This document shows, piece after piece, positions 53,674-63,496 of a stretch of DNA of 64,000 nt (position 1 is its first letter; each line of letters starts with the position of its first letter). The stretch is from Methanocaldococcus sp. 28A. Lineage in GTDB: Archaea > AGJL01 > Methanococci > Methanococcales > Methanocaldococcaceae. The notes beneath the pieces were generated by a model. It saw only the letters and a list, made by a program, of their open reading frames with translations. It did no database searches and had not been told where the DNA came from. The translations under genes were made by a program, and so were the position numbers. Location: the NCBI GenBank assembly GCA_049852185.1, contig CP187540.1. One strand, given 5' to 3'.

Positions 53674-54015
53674 ATGGAAGTAAATCTTCTAAATATATCT
53701 ATAAAACCTCCAATAAAAATCCCTAAGAATAGAACTGTAGAGCTAAATGTTGATTGGTACATTGAGTATAAAAAAATGGACGCAAAAAAATTTAATTTTG
53801 TGTGTAATATTAAAGCCTATGGGGAGTTTTCTTTTGAAGCTTATATTGAAGGGGAAATAAATACTGAAAAAGATTATGATATTATTCCTGAATATGTGTC
53901 AGTAAGTATCATTGAAAATTTAATGAAATCTATTCCTAAGCTAATTGGCTATGCTCAACAATTTAGAATTGAAGAAAATATTTTTGTTAATCAGCCCGTA
54001 TCTTTTGCATCATAA
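53674..54015 (+). CDS. Hypothetical protein
   Basis: 113 aa with RBS aggtgg and an upstream TATA-like box, opposite in orientation to its neighbours. Confidence 0.7.
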   Translation: MEVNLLNISIKPPIKIPKNRTVELNVDWYIEYKKMDAKKFNFVCNIKAYGEFSFEAYIEGEINTEKDYDIIPEYVSVSIIENLMKSIPKLIGYAQQFRIEENIFVNQPVSFAS

Positions 54016-54619
54016 ATACAGCTTTATCTCCAAAGTCTCTTAAAATTAGTGGGATGAACTCATAAATTAACTCTTTATCATATCTATAAAGCTCTTTTAT
54101 TATATAGAGAGAATATTCATTAAAGTTCTCAAAAATCTTTAATAGAATAGCATCTTTATTGTCTGATTTCATTATTAACTTAACCAATACTTTGGCATAA
54201 ACTTTGTTGTCTAATTTCTTTATAAGTTTTGGATATGCATAAATTGTTAATTTCGAAGGAATATTTGCCAAAGCTTCAGCACTTGCAAATCTAATACACT
54301 CAAACTCACTATCTAAGAGCTTTATTAAGTAAGGAATATAAATATAAACTAAATTTGGATATTTAACACCAACTTTTTCTATAATTTTTATGCAATAATA
54401 AATAATTTCTCTATTTTTTGAATCAGAAGTGTATTGGGTTGAGATTATATCCTCAAACCCCCTCTCTTTTGTTGATGTTAATAATTCAAATACATCATCT
54501 AAGATATTTAATTCAACCAATTCATCAACTTCCATTTTGTATAATTCTTTTAAAACCTTTAATCTCTCCCTGTTTCCATAGTTTAGTTTTAATTTCTTTT
54601 TATATTCTTCAGAGTTCAT
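53987..54619 (-). CDS. HEAT-repeat protein
   Basis: IPYLIKLLDSEFECIRFASAEALANI. Confidence 0.75.
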   Translation of the reverse strand: MNSEEYKKKLKLNYGNRERLKVLKELYKMEVDELVELNILDDVFELLTSTKERGFEDIISTQYTSDSKNREIIYYCIKIIEKVGVKYPNLVYIYIPYLIKLLDSEFECIRFASAEALANIPSKLTIYAYPKLIKKLDNKVYAKVLVKLIMKSDNKDAILLKIFENFNEYSLYIIKELYRYDKELIYEFIPLILRDFGDKAVFMMQKIRAD

Positions 54620-55739
54620 TTAAAATCCCTTCAATATAATTATTAAATTCATCCGTCTCTTTAATAACTTCATCAATAAAATCAGTTTTTCTTTTGTTTA
54701 TAATGGCTTCATTTCTAATTTTTTTCAACTCCAATCTTATATATGCCATTTTACAAAGGATTTCAATTAATTTGTTGTAATCCTTTTTACATTCACTAAT
54801 TTTCTTAATGTCTATGTATTTAAGTTCATTTTTGAGATTTTTAATTATCTCTGCCTTATCTAACACTTGTTCAGCATATTTGTTGGTTATATCAAATACT
54901 ACTCTTGAAACAACTAATATATCATCTACATCCTCCCAAAATATATGCCTCAATATTTCCAAATCTTCAATTTCAGCCTCTTTTCTTCCATTTAGATAGG
55001 CATAGCATTTAATTGCCTTAACTGATTTTTTAAATCTTCTATCTGAAATATATATATGATTTTGGGACAACTTCTTCTTTATATCAACTAAATATCCAAT
55101 AATATTTTCTATATCAACATCATTAGCTTTTTCTTGCATTTTTTTTAGTTCTTTTATAGTTATTGTGGTTTTTGGTTTATACTCTTCATCCAATTTAATA
55201 AGTTTTATCAAATTCTCACAGCTTCTAATTCCCTTAACAACTTTTCTAAACAAGAATCTATCATAAAAAGCTAAGAGCTCATTTTCTTCAGGGAGTTCAT
55301 TTGAAGCTCCGAAGAGGCTAATTAGGGGCACTTTCTCTATCCTATCCCCATTGTGATAAATCCTCTCATTAATTATTGAAAGCAAAGCGTTTAATATAGA
55401 GCTATTAGCTTTAAAAACCTCATCTAAGAATGCTATCTCTGCTGTTGGCAAATAACCAGAAGTTTTTCTAACAAACCTATCGTTGTCTTTTAACTCTTTA
55501 ATACTTAAAGGTCCAAATAACTCATCTTCGGTTGTAAATCTTGTTATAAGTTTTTCGAAATAATTGGCATTAATATGTGAGGCTATAGCCCTAATTAATT
55601 GTGATTTAGCAACTCCCGGATTTCCTAAAAAAACTGTATGTTCATTTGCCAAAATTGATGTTAATGCAATATCTATTTCTTCTCTCCTCTCTAAAAAATA
55701 ACTATTTAGCTCTTGTTTAATTTTTTCAAATTTATGCAT
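54609..55739 (-). CDS. MoxR/RavA-family AAA+ ATPase
   Basis: GNPGVAKS, FLDEVFKA, ASNELP and YDRF motifs. Confidence 0.9.
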   Translation of the reverse strand: MHKFEKIKQELNSYFLERREEIDIALTSILANEHTVFLGNPGVAKSQLIRAIASHINANYFEKLITRFTTEDELFGPLSIKELKDNDRFVRKTSGYLPTAEIAFLDEVFKANSSILNALLSIINERIYHNGDRIEKVPLISLFGASNELPEENELLAFYDRFLFRKVVKGIRSCENLIKLIKLDEEYKPKTTITIKELKKMQEKANDVDIENIIGYLVDIKKKLSQNHIYISDRRFKKSVKAIKCYAYLNGRKEAEIEDLEILRHIFWEDVDDILVVSRVVFDITNKYAEQVLDKAEIIKNLKNELKYIDIKKISECKKDYNKLIEILCKMAYIRLELKKIRNEAIINKRKTDFIDEVIKETDEFNNYIEGILNEL

Positions 55740-55748
55740 GATTTCACT

Positions 55749-56129
55749 CTAAATGCTAATTGTAGTTAGTTGAGCTAGTTCAACATTACTAATACCTTTT
55801 AGTTTATTTACCAATTCTATTATTCTATCTCTTTGCCCTTTAATTGCTATTTTTCTAATGATTTTTCCTTCAAATGGAATTTCAAGGGATACTATTACAA
55901 TATCTCTATAATAGCTCTCTAACTCAATAATATCCTCAACAGCTTTTGAATTATATATAACTGTTATTTCACCAATTTTTGATTCAATCCTGCTAAGCCA
56001 GTCATATTTTTTTACATAATACTCTAAGGCTCTTCGTATAAACTCTGAACGAGATATTTTTTCCTTATCTATAATTTCATCAACGTCTTTCAGTAGATTT
56101 TTTTCAATGGTTAATGAAATTCGTTCCAT
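55749..56129 (-). CDS. NikR-like ribbon-helix-helix regulator
   Basis: RISLTIEKNLL...SRSEFIRRAL plus an ACT-like C-terminal domain. The canonical His/Cys nickel ligands are not evident. Confidence 0.75.
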   Translation of the reverse strand: MERISLTIEKNLLKDVDEIIDKEKISRSEFIRRALEYYVKKYDWLSRIESKIGEITVIYNSKAVEDIIELESYYRDIVIVSLEIPFEGKIIRKIAIKGQRDRIIELVNKLKGISNVELAQLTTISI

Positions 56130-56142
56130 AATATCACTTTTG

Positions 56143-56168
56143 TAATACTTATTTACAGAATAGTATTA
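56143..56168. promoter_or_regulatory. Inverted repeat TAATACT-N12-AGTATTA, candidate autoregulatory operator
   Basis: Palindrome 13 nt upstream of the RHH regulator start codon. Confidence 0.4.
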
Positions 56169-56437
56169 ATAGGTGTATGATATAAAAATATTACTATTAA
56201 AAATTAAGAATTAAAATATATAAAATTTTTTTATAAATTAAAATATTGTTTTTAATTTAGTATTAATATTTTAATTTAAGATACAACTATATATTAAAAA
56301 TCAAATCGAAAATATTATATATGATGAATTTTGTCCTATAACGTATGCCCTAGGAATCACTCCCATACAATTTAGCATCTTCAAAAGAAGCATAAGTTGT
56401 ATATGGAGCTCACCTCTGTGAGGATTTATAATGGGTT

Positions 56438-56551
56438 TATAGTTGTGTGCAAAATAAAATAGACTTTTATAAAGACAATTTGAATGCCTTCCTTTTGGAA
56501 GGCGTTCTTTAATTCCTTATCTTATTTAAGATAGTTTTGCACACAACTATA
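56438..56551. mobile_element. MITE-A copy abutting truncated IS701-like copy 3
   Basis: tatagttgtgtgcaaaa...ttttgcacacaactata. Confidence 0.9.
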
Positions 56552-56845
56552 AATCTTTAACGAAATTAAAAAGCTTTTCTTGTGGGAAGATTCCTTCTTC
56601 CCAAAGTATTCTATTTATTGTATCGTGAGATATGTCGATTCCGAAAATACGCAACGTTTTCAATAACTCTACACACGAATTAATCTCTGAAAGTAATATA
56701 AAAAGCATATAAACGATAGTCCTCGACATTTTTAGCATATTTTCCCCAAAATAAACTTTTGTTTCGAAAAATTATAATATCTGATAAAAATAGATTATCA
56801 TGATATGTTATAATAAAATATTTAAATATGCTTGTAAAAGTCCTA
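56550..56845 (-). pseudogene. Truncated IS701-like copy 3 (left end plus the first 63 transposase codons)
   Basis: Near-identical to 34998-35294 and cut at a TA by MITE-A. Confidence 0.92.
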
Positions 56846-56896
56846 TTTTGGAATTTTTTTATTTTTTAGATTTTAAATTTTAATTAGAGGGGTAGT

Positions 56897-57072
56897 ATGA
56901 ACTTTGAAGTTGTTGAATTTAAAGGCATATAATAGATTCAAACATTTTATTAAAAATTTTAGATAAAATAATATCAATGGGAGGGGATTTTGAAATAGAG
57001 AAACTTGGAGTAGGAAAAACAAATGAAGATAAAAGCTATGCAAGAATCTTAGTTAAAGGAAAAGATGATTAG
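56897..57072 (+). pseudogene. N-terminal relic of a TIGR00300/LOR-SDH-like (ornithine cyclodeaminase-type) gene
   Basis: MNFEVVEFKG / IIDSNILLKILDKIISMGGDFEIEKLGVGKTNEDKSYARILVKG with a frameshift. Resembles the MJ1480-family N-terminus from memory. Confidence 0.65.
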
Positions 57073-57173
57073 TCATGATGGATATTGAATATGCTATTGG
57101 AAAAATATAAATAAGATATAGGTTTTTAAAATGAATTTTTAAAGTAAATCTTAAATTAAATTGAGGGAGAAAT

Positions 57174-57917
57174 ATGAAAATCTCTATATGTGGAAAGGGT
57201 GGTTGTGGAAAAAGCTCAATAACAACTTTAATTGCTAAGGAATTTGCTAAAAATGGTTATAGAGTTTTAGTTATTGATGGAGATGAATCAAACTTAAGTT
57301 TGCATAAATTATTAGGAATGGATTTACCAAAGGACTTTATAAATTATCTTGGAGGAAGAAAGGAGTTTATGCAAAAGTTAAAATCACAACCTAAAAAGAA
57401 CGTTAAATTATTTGAAGAGTTGTCAATAGATTCCTTACCAAAAGATTATTTAGTAGAGAAAGATAATATCAAGCTCATAGCTATTGGAAAAATCCATGAT
57501 TTTGGAGAAGGTTGTGCATGTCCAATGGGCGTTTTATTGAGAGAGTTTTTAAAATCTTTAAAATTAAAAGATAAAGAGGTTGTTATTGTTGATACCGAAG
57601 CAGGAATAGAGCATTTTGGTAGAGGTGTTGAGGGAGGATGTGATGTTATTATTGCTATAGTTGACCCAACATATGAATCCATAAGATTATCTAAGAAGAT
57701 AGAAGAGATTGGAGAGAAATTGGGTAAGAAAGTTTATTTTATAGTTAATAAGGTAGATGACGATACAAAGGAATTGGTTCTTGAAAATATTAATAAGGAT
57801 AAAGTTATTGCAATAATTTCAAATAATAAGGAAATTATGAAATGTGGATTGATGGGAGAAGAATTAAATGTGAATATTCCTGAAATTAAAAAAGTTGTAG
57901 AAATTTTAACAAAATAA
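57174..57917 (+). CDS. cooC: CooC-family nickel-insertion ATPase
   Basis: GKGGCGKS, GCACP and DTEAGIEHFGRG motifs. Confidence 0.88.
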   Translation: MKISICGKGGCGKSSITTLIAKEFAKNGYRVLVIDGDESNLSLHKLLGMDLPKDFINYLGGRKEFMQKLKSQPKKNVKLFEELSIDSLPKDYLVEKDNIKLIAIGKIHDFGEGCACPMGVLLREFLKSLKLKDKEVVIVDTEAGIEHFGRGVEGGCDVIIAIVDPTYESIRLSKKIEEIGEKLGKKVYFIVNKVDDDTKELVLENINKDKVIAIISNNKEIMKCGLMGEELNVNIPEIKKVVEILTK

Positions 57918-57942
57918 CTTTTTTTATTATATTTATATTATA

Positions 57943-57970
57943 TGTGCGAAATATTTTTCAAGATACCACA
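57943..57970 (-). mobile_element. Solo IS481-like terminal repeat
   Basis: tgtgcgaaatatttttcaagataccaca matches the TIR of 25093-25928. Confidence 0.6.
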
Positions 57971-58079
57971 CAATTTTAGAAAAATATGGTTTCTTGGATT
58001 GAATTAAGTTAGATGGATAAAATTTTATATATTGAAATTTTTATAATCTATTTTAACAAAAATCTAAAAAATTATAGTT

Positions 58080-59366
58080 ATGAGCAAAACTATAAAAATA
58101 AAGGAGGGAGAGAGAATTAAAAGAAGAGCACTTTTAGTTTTAAGAAAAGATAGTAAGTTTGACAGTAAAAATATAGAAGAACTAAAAGAATTAGCTGAAG
58201 TCCTTTACAATCCAATAAGAACAGTAGTTCAAATAAGAAAGCCAGACCCAAAATATCAAATTGGTAGTGGATTAGTAGAGAGAATTGCTGAAAAAATTAA
58301 AGAGGAAAATATAGATATTGTTATAGTTGGGAATCAGCTAACTCCTTCACAAAAATATAACTTGGCTAAGAAATTCAAGGTTGAAGTTATTGACAAGATT
58401 GAACTAGTTTTGAGAATATTTTATAAGCATGCGAGAACTAAAGAAGCTCAATTACAAGTTAGATTGGCAGAGTTGCAGTATGAATTGCCAAGAGCAAGGG
58501 AAAAGGTTAGGTTGGCTAAGATGGGAGAGCAACCAGGATTTGGTGGATATGGAGATTATGAGGTTGAAAAATACTATCAGAAAGTAAAGAGGGAGATTTC
58601 AAGCATAAAGAGGAAATTAGAGAAGCTTAGAGAACATAGAAGAATAGCAAGAAAGAGCAGAGAGAAGTTTGATTCAGTAGGTTTGATTGGTTATACAAAC
58701 GCAGGAAAAACAAGTTTATTAAATGCTCTAACTGGAGAAAGTAAAGAATCAAAAAATCAAGTTTTTACAACATTAACTACCACAACAAGAGTTATAAAGG
58801 GCATTAAAAGGAAGATATTGGTTACTGACACAGTTGGATTTATCGATGATTTACCACCATTTATGATTGAGGCATTTTTATCAACAATTGAAGAAAGTGC
58901 AGATAGTGATTTAATTTTGATTGTTGTTGATGCATCTGATGATATAGAAGAAATTAAAAGAAAATTAAAGGTAAATCATGAAATTCTAAGTAAAATTAAT
59001 TGCAAATCACCAATAATAACTGTATTTAACAAAGTAGATAAAATTACAGAAGATAAAAAGAGAATGATTTTGGAGAAATTGAATAGATATATTGTAAATC
59101 CAATATTTGTTTCTGCAAAATATAATACAAATATTGATTTGTTAATTGAGAAAATTATTGATAATCTAAACTTATCAATAGGAACAATAGAGACAAACAA
59201 TCCAAAACTCATATCTTATTTATATGAAAATACTGAGATTATTGAAGATATTTTAGATGAAGACAAACACATAATAACATTTAGAGCTAAAGAAAGAGAT
59301 GTAAATAGAATTTTAAAGTTGCATAAAACTACAGCATATAGTTGTGTGCAAAACTATCTTAAATAA
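58080..59366 (+). CDS. hflX: GTPase HflX with a 9-aa MITE-derived C-terminal extension
   Basis: EAQLQVRLAEL, GYTNAGKT, DTVGF and NKVD motifs. Start position uncertain. Confidence 0.93.
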   Translation: MSKTIKIKEGERIKRRALLVLRKDSKFDSKNIEELKELAEVLYNPIRTVVQIRKPDPKYQIGSGLVERIAEKIKEENIDIVIVGNQLTPSQKYNLAKKFKVEVIDKIELVLRIFYKHARTKEAQLQVRLAELQYELPRAREKVRLAKMGEQPGFGGYGDYEVEKYYQKVKREISSIKRKLEKLREHRRIARKSREKFDSVGLIGYTNAGKTSLLNALTGESKESKNQVFTTLTTTTRVIKGIKRKILVTDTVGFIDDLPPFMIEAFLSTIEESADSDLILIVVDASDDIEEIKRKLKVNHEILSKINCKSPIITVFNKVDKITEDKKRMILEKLNRYIVNPIFVSAKYNTNIDLLIEKIIDNLNLSIGTIETNNPKLISYLYENTEIIEDILDEDKHIITFRAKERDVNRILKLHKTTAYSCVQNYLK

Positions 59367-59451
59367 AATAAGGAAATTAGTGAATGCCTTTCTTATGGAA
59401 GGAATTCAAATTGTCCTTATAAAAGTTTATTTTATTTTGCACACAACTATA
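59337..59451. mobile_element. MITE-A inserted in the hflX stop codon
   Basis: gca-TA[tagttgtgtgc...gcacacaacta]TA-a. Removing it restores GCA TAA. Confidence 0.92.
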
Positions 59452-59460
59452 AATTTTTAG

Positions 59461-60312
59461 GTGATGAGGTTGGATGTATTAAAAAATTTACCTATTACAG
59501 ACAATCATATCCATGTTGATGATAAAAATGGATATGGAGCTGAGAAAGTTGCGAAAACATTCTATAATTCTGGAGGAAAGGTGATGATAGTTTTAAATAA
59601 ACCAACATTTGATGGGGATTTAACAAAATCAATGGATGTATTGGTTAAAGATGTAGAGAGAATAAATAAAAACACACCTGTTAAGGCTTTTGGTTTAGTT
59701 GGAGTTCATCCTGCTGAATTAACATATTTAATGAAATTTATGAGCTTGGAGGAAGCAAAACAAAAGATTATTGATGCCTTAAATTATGCAAAAAAGCTTA
59801 TTGAGGAGAATGATTTTATTGTTGGTATAGGAGAGGTTGGAAGGCCACATTATAAGGTAGATGAAAGTGTTTGGAAAGTTTCAAATGAAATATTAAAATA
59901 TTGCATGTGTTTAGCCAAAGATTTAGACTGTGCTATACAAATTCACGCAGAGAGTTCTACAGAAGAGCAATTTAAGGAGTTTTCTGAGATGGCTAAAGAG
60001 GTTAATTTAAATCCTGAAAGAGTTGTAAAACATCACTGTGGAGATATGGTAGTAGAGGGGGAGAAGTATGGTATATTTCCTTCAATTTTAGCTTCAAGAG
60101 TAAATGAAGATATTATTAAAAAATCTCTAAGGTTTGTTATGGAAACTGACTATATAGATGATTTAAAAAGACCCGGTGTTGTTTTGGGAATAAAAACAGT
60201 CCCAAGAGTTACAAGAAATTTAATTGAAAAGGGAATTTTAAATGAAGATATGGTTTATAAAATTCATAAAGAGAATATAGAAAAGATTTACAATATAGAT
60301 TTAGAATTTTAA
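59461..60312 (+). CDS. TatD-related metal-dependent hydrolase
   Basis: DNHIH, GVHP, IGEVGRPH and METD motifs. Confidence 0.87.
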   Translation: MMRLDVLKNLPITDNHIHVDDKNGYGAEKVAKTFYNSGGKVMIVLNKPTFDGDLTKSMDVLVKDVERINKNTPVKAFGLVGVHPAELTYLMKFMSLEEAKQKIIDALNYAKKLIEENDFIVGIGEVGRPHYKVDESVWKVSNEILKYCMCLAKDLDCAIQIHAESSTEEQFKEFSEMAKEVNLNPERVVKHHCGDMVVEGEKYGIFPSILASRVNEDIIKKSLRFVMETDYIDDLKRPGVVLGIKTVPRVTRNLIEKGILNEDMVYKIHKENIEKIYNIDLEF

Positions 60313-60318
60313 GTTTAT

Positions 60319-60612
60319 TTACTTTTTATCATCCTCTTTTAACATTTCGTTAATCTCTTTTTCCATTATGTGCCCTTCAACAACAACTTCTACATTTTTA
60401 ACTCCTTCTAATGATTTAACAGCATCTTTCGCCTGAAATGCCATTCCTAAGACACTCATACAGGCTGGATTTGTTGGTATTAACTTAAATTTAACGTTTC
60501 CTTCATCATCAACGTCTACATCCTTAATTAATCCCATATCTACAATACTTATTCCCATGTGTGGGTCTGCAACTGTTTTTAAAGCTTTTATAACATCTTC
60601 TTTGGTTACCAC
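60319..60612 (-). CDS. DUF59/MIP18 iron-sulfur cluster assembly factor
   Basis: VADPHMGISIVDMGLI and TNPAC motifs. Confidence 0.88.
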   Translation of the reverse strand: MVTKEDVIKALKTVADPHMGISIVDMGLIKDVDVDDEGNVKFKLIPTNPACMSVLGMAFQAKDAVKSLEGVKNVEVVVEGHIMEKEINEMLKEDDKK

Positions 60613-60890
60613 ATTTACACCTATTTGAAGTTTTTATTCCTAATTTATGGATAATCTTATAAATATTTTATTCAGGCTATCTCAATGTTCTAACTATCTT
60701 GTGGAAAACTTCAAGATTTCTCTTATTTATTTAGATAAATATATTAAAATTTTTAGTTTATTATTTCAAAATTATAATTTGCTAAAGTATTTAAAACTAA
60801 TCACAATTTTAATCTATGTTTGTGTGTTAATTGAAGATATCTATTTTTTTGAAAAAAGATAGTAATAAAGCACTATTATCTTAGAATAAT

Positions 60891-61473
60891 ATCACTACAC
60901 TGAATCGGTCTGATTTTAATGGATTATCTTCCTCATCTAAGCATAAACTAAATACAAAGTTTCCATACCGAATCGGTCTTATTTTAATGTTATCACATCT
61001 ATAAGCCTATAAACATAAACATAGTAGGGTGTTTCCATACCGAATCGGTCTTATTTTAATGAAAATTAGAAATTATTCATAAAAGTTATTCATAAAATTA
61101 GGTTTCCATACCGAATCGGTCTTATTTTAATAAGCATATGAGAACAAACTAAAAGAGATAGAAAAAGGTTTCCATACCGAATCGGTCTTATTTTAATAAA
61201 AGTAATGGTAATACATATTTAGTTTATATTGAGTTTCCATACCGAATCGGTCTTATTTTAATTTAATGTAAAATATAGAGCGTTAGAGGAATGTATGAAC
61301 GGTTTCCATACCGAATCGGTCTTATTTTAATTTGCAATCAATGTTGTTGTGGTTGCAGTTGTAATAATTTCCATACCGAATCGGTCTTATTTTAATAGTA
61401 AAAGGTAAGGCAAATATTATAAAAGCTAAAAAGAAGATGTTAAATTTCCATACCGAATCGGTCTTATTTTAAT
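60891..61473 (-). CRISPR. CRISPR array 2: 30-nt repeat ATTAAAATAAGACCGATTCGGTATGGAAAC, 9 repeats (leftmost degenerate), 8 spacers of 35-47 nt
   Basis: Plus-strand repeat starts at 60891, 60959, 61031, 61102, 61168, 61233, 61302, 61367 and 61444. No cas genes in the window. Confidence 0.98.
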
Positions 61474-61860
61474 AGGAGGCGTTTTTTGAATTAAACGAAA
61501 TTAAGCATTTTTAAACCTTTATTTTATAGGGGTTATATTACAACCCCCCAATTACTTGGTTTCTTTATATACCCTAACTCATATAAATACTTTACGGTAT
61601 TGTATTAATTAGAACAATAAAAACCCCTTAACTAAAAAATCAAATTATCTATCGGGGAAATCTAAATATAAAAATAATTATCTAAAATCTCTTAAAAATC
61701 TTACTAATTTAATACATCTAAATAAGTAAAATATTAAAAATAAGCTACCCTTAGAAATTAGCTAAAAATCTTTAAAATCAAAAAATAACCATTTAAAAAT
61801 TTCTAAATTAAAAATAAAAAAGTTTTAGCGTGATAAATATTAGTTGAATATTTAAATATT
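61474..61860 (-). promoter_or_regulatory. AT-rich leader of CRISPR array 2
   Basis: Non-coding. On the minus strand aaaggtttaaaaa lies about 35-45 nt before the first repeat, and there is a ggggtt/aacccc inverted pair. Confidence 0.75.
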
Positions 61861-61868
61861 ACAAAAAT

Positions 61869-63476
61869 TTACTCTACATATCTCGCTCTCTTTTCAACAT
61901 CTTTCATTAAATCTAATATAATTTCCCATCTATCATAGACGCTTTTATAACCTTCTAAGAATTTATCCCAAATTTCTTGAAACTTTTCATGGTGAGTAGA
62001 TATAATAGCTTTTTTAAAAACTATTAAATCAACTGCTTTATCCTCATCAAGATTTGAAATCTTTCCTAAACCAAAATCAATAATATAGAGATTTCCATCA
62101 TATAAAAAGTTAGATGTGGTTAAATCATTATGAATTATATCATTTTTATGTAATTTCCCAACAATCTCTCCAATTTTATAGGAGATATTTAAGTTATCCT
62201 CAATAATATCTTTAGCTAATTTTCCATTAATATAGCTCATCATAATTCTTTTATTGGATATATCAACATCAAAGATGTATGGAGCTGGGATGCCAAAATC
62301 TTTAACTAATGCCAAATATCTTGCCTCTCTTGCTGTTCTACTTTTTCTTATCTTCTCATCTAATCTCTCATCTCTATAGCTTTTTTTAACTCTCTCTTTT
62401 ATTATAACATCAAAATCCAAATACTTATCTTTTTTAATATCTGCCTCTGCCCCTCTGCCAATTAAATGTTCTGGAATCTTCCTCTCTTTACCTTTAATTT
62501 CTTTTATCCAATTAACTTCAACCATATCAGTCCTATAGTTTGGAATTACCTTTGTTTCATCTAAACTCATAAATTTTCCATTTTTATGCATTAACAAACC
62601 AAGCCATGCAATCATTGCTCCATTATCTCCACAAAATTCTTTTGGTGGCACATAGAACTCTACATTCTGCCCTTCACACATTGCTTTTAACATCTCTCTC
62701 AATCTGTTATTTGCCGCAACACCACCAACAAGCATTACTTCTCCTTTATTTGTGTGAGCTAAGGCTCTTTCAGTTATTTCAGTAAGCATTGAGAATGCAT
62801 ATTCTTGTAGAGAATAGCAGATATCCTCCAATCTCTCTCCAGCGTCATAAGCCCTCATAGCGGCAGTTAATAAACCTGAAAAGGCAATATCCATACCTTT
62901 AACTGTATATGGCAAATCAATTAATTTTTTTCCTTTCTTTGCTAACTCCTCTATATAAGGTCCCCCAGGATGTGGAAGATTTATATATCTTGCAAACTGG
63001 TCTAAGCAGTTACCAACGGCTATATCTAATGTCTCTCCAAAGACCCTATATTTTTTTGAGACATAAGCTATAACTTGAGTGTTTCCTCCACTAACATATA
63101 GGGTTAGAGGGTCTTCAGCTTCAGTAGTTAATTTACCAATCTCTATATGTGCTATACAGTGATTAACTCCAATTATTGGTTTTTTTAATGTTAAAGATAG
63201 AGTTCTTGCTACTGTTGCAGTTACTCTTAAACTTGGCCCTAATCCTGGACCTTGAGAAAAGGCAATCAAATCAATCTCATTTTTATCTACAACTTTAAAA
63301 GCCTCTTTTATAAGCTTAGGAAATGTTTCAGCATGATGGTCAGCGGCTTCTCTTGGATTAATTCCTTGTTTTGGAGGTTTATACAATATAGTTTTGTTAA
63401 ATAAAACTTCTCCATCTGAAGTAACAATTCCTACTCCAGTTTTTTCTGCAGTTCCTTCTAATCCTAAACAAATCAT
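61869..63476 (-). CDS. kae1: Bifunctional Kae1-Bud32 (KEOPS t6A synthase/kinase)
   Basis: LGLEGTA, HCIAHIE and VSGGNT, plus kinase motifs HNDLTTSN and IDFGL. Start at ATG 63476 gives 535 aa. Confidence 0.96.
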   Translation of the reverse strand: MICLGLEGTAEKTGVGIVTSDGEVLFNKTILYKPPKQGINPREAADHHAETFPKLIKEAFKVVDKNEIDLIAFSQGPGLGPSLRVTATVARTLSLTLKKPIIGVNHCIAHIEIGKLTTEAEDPLTLYVSGGNTQVIAYVSKKYRVFGETLDIAVGNCLDQFARYINLPHPGGPYIEELAKKGKKLIDLPYTVKGMDIAFSGLLTAAMRAYDAGERLEDICYSLQEYAFSMLTEITERALAHTNKGEVMLVGGVAANNRLREMLKAMCEGQNVEFYVPPKEFCGDNGAMIAWLGLLMHKNGKFMSLDETKVIPNYRTDMVEVNWIKEIKGKERKIPEHLIGRGAEADIKKDKYLDFDVIIKERVKKSYRDERLDEKIRKSRTAREARYLALVKDFGIPAPYIFDVDISNKRIMMSYINGKLAKDIIEDNLNISYKIGEIVGKLHKNDIIHNDLTTSNFLYDGNLYIIDFGLGKISNLDEDKAVDLIVFKKAIISTHHEKFQEIWDKFLEGYKSVYDRWEIILDLMKDVEKRARYVE

Positions 63477-63496
63477 AATATCACTCAAAAAATAGT

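Noticed and set aside
58100-58120. Possible ATT start for hflX after a ggaggg RBS
   Set aside because: An in-frame ATG exists at 58080, and the two cannot be distinguished without alignments or proteomics.
1599-59212. Many short ORFs antisense to known genes (e.g. 1599-1787, 29993-30448, 31135-31734, 41032-41391, 58976-59212)
   Set aside because: Shadow ORFs opposite well-supported genes, with Ser/Ile/Phe-rich composition and no motifs.
60647-60862. 71-aa ORF beside the array 2 trailer (possible cas or anti-CRISPR gene)
   Set aside because: Low-complexity AT-rich translation with no RBS and no motif.
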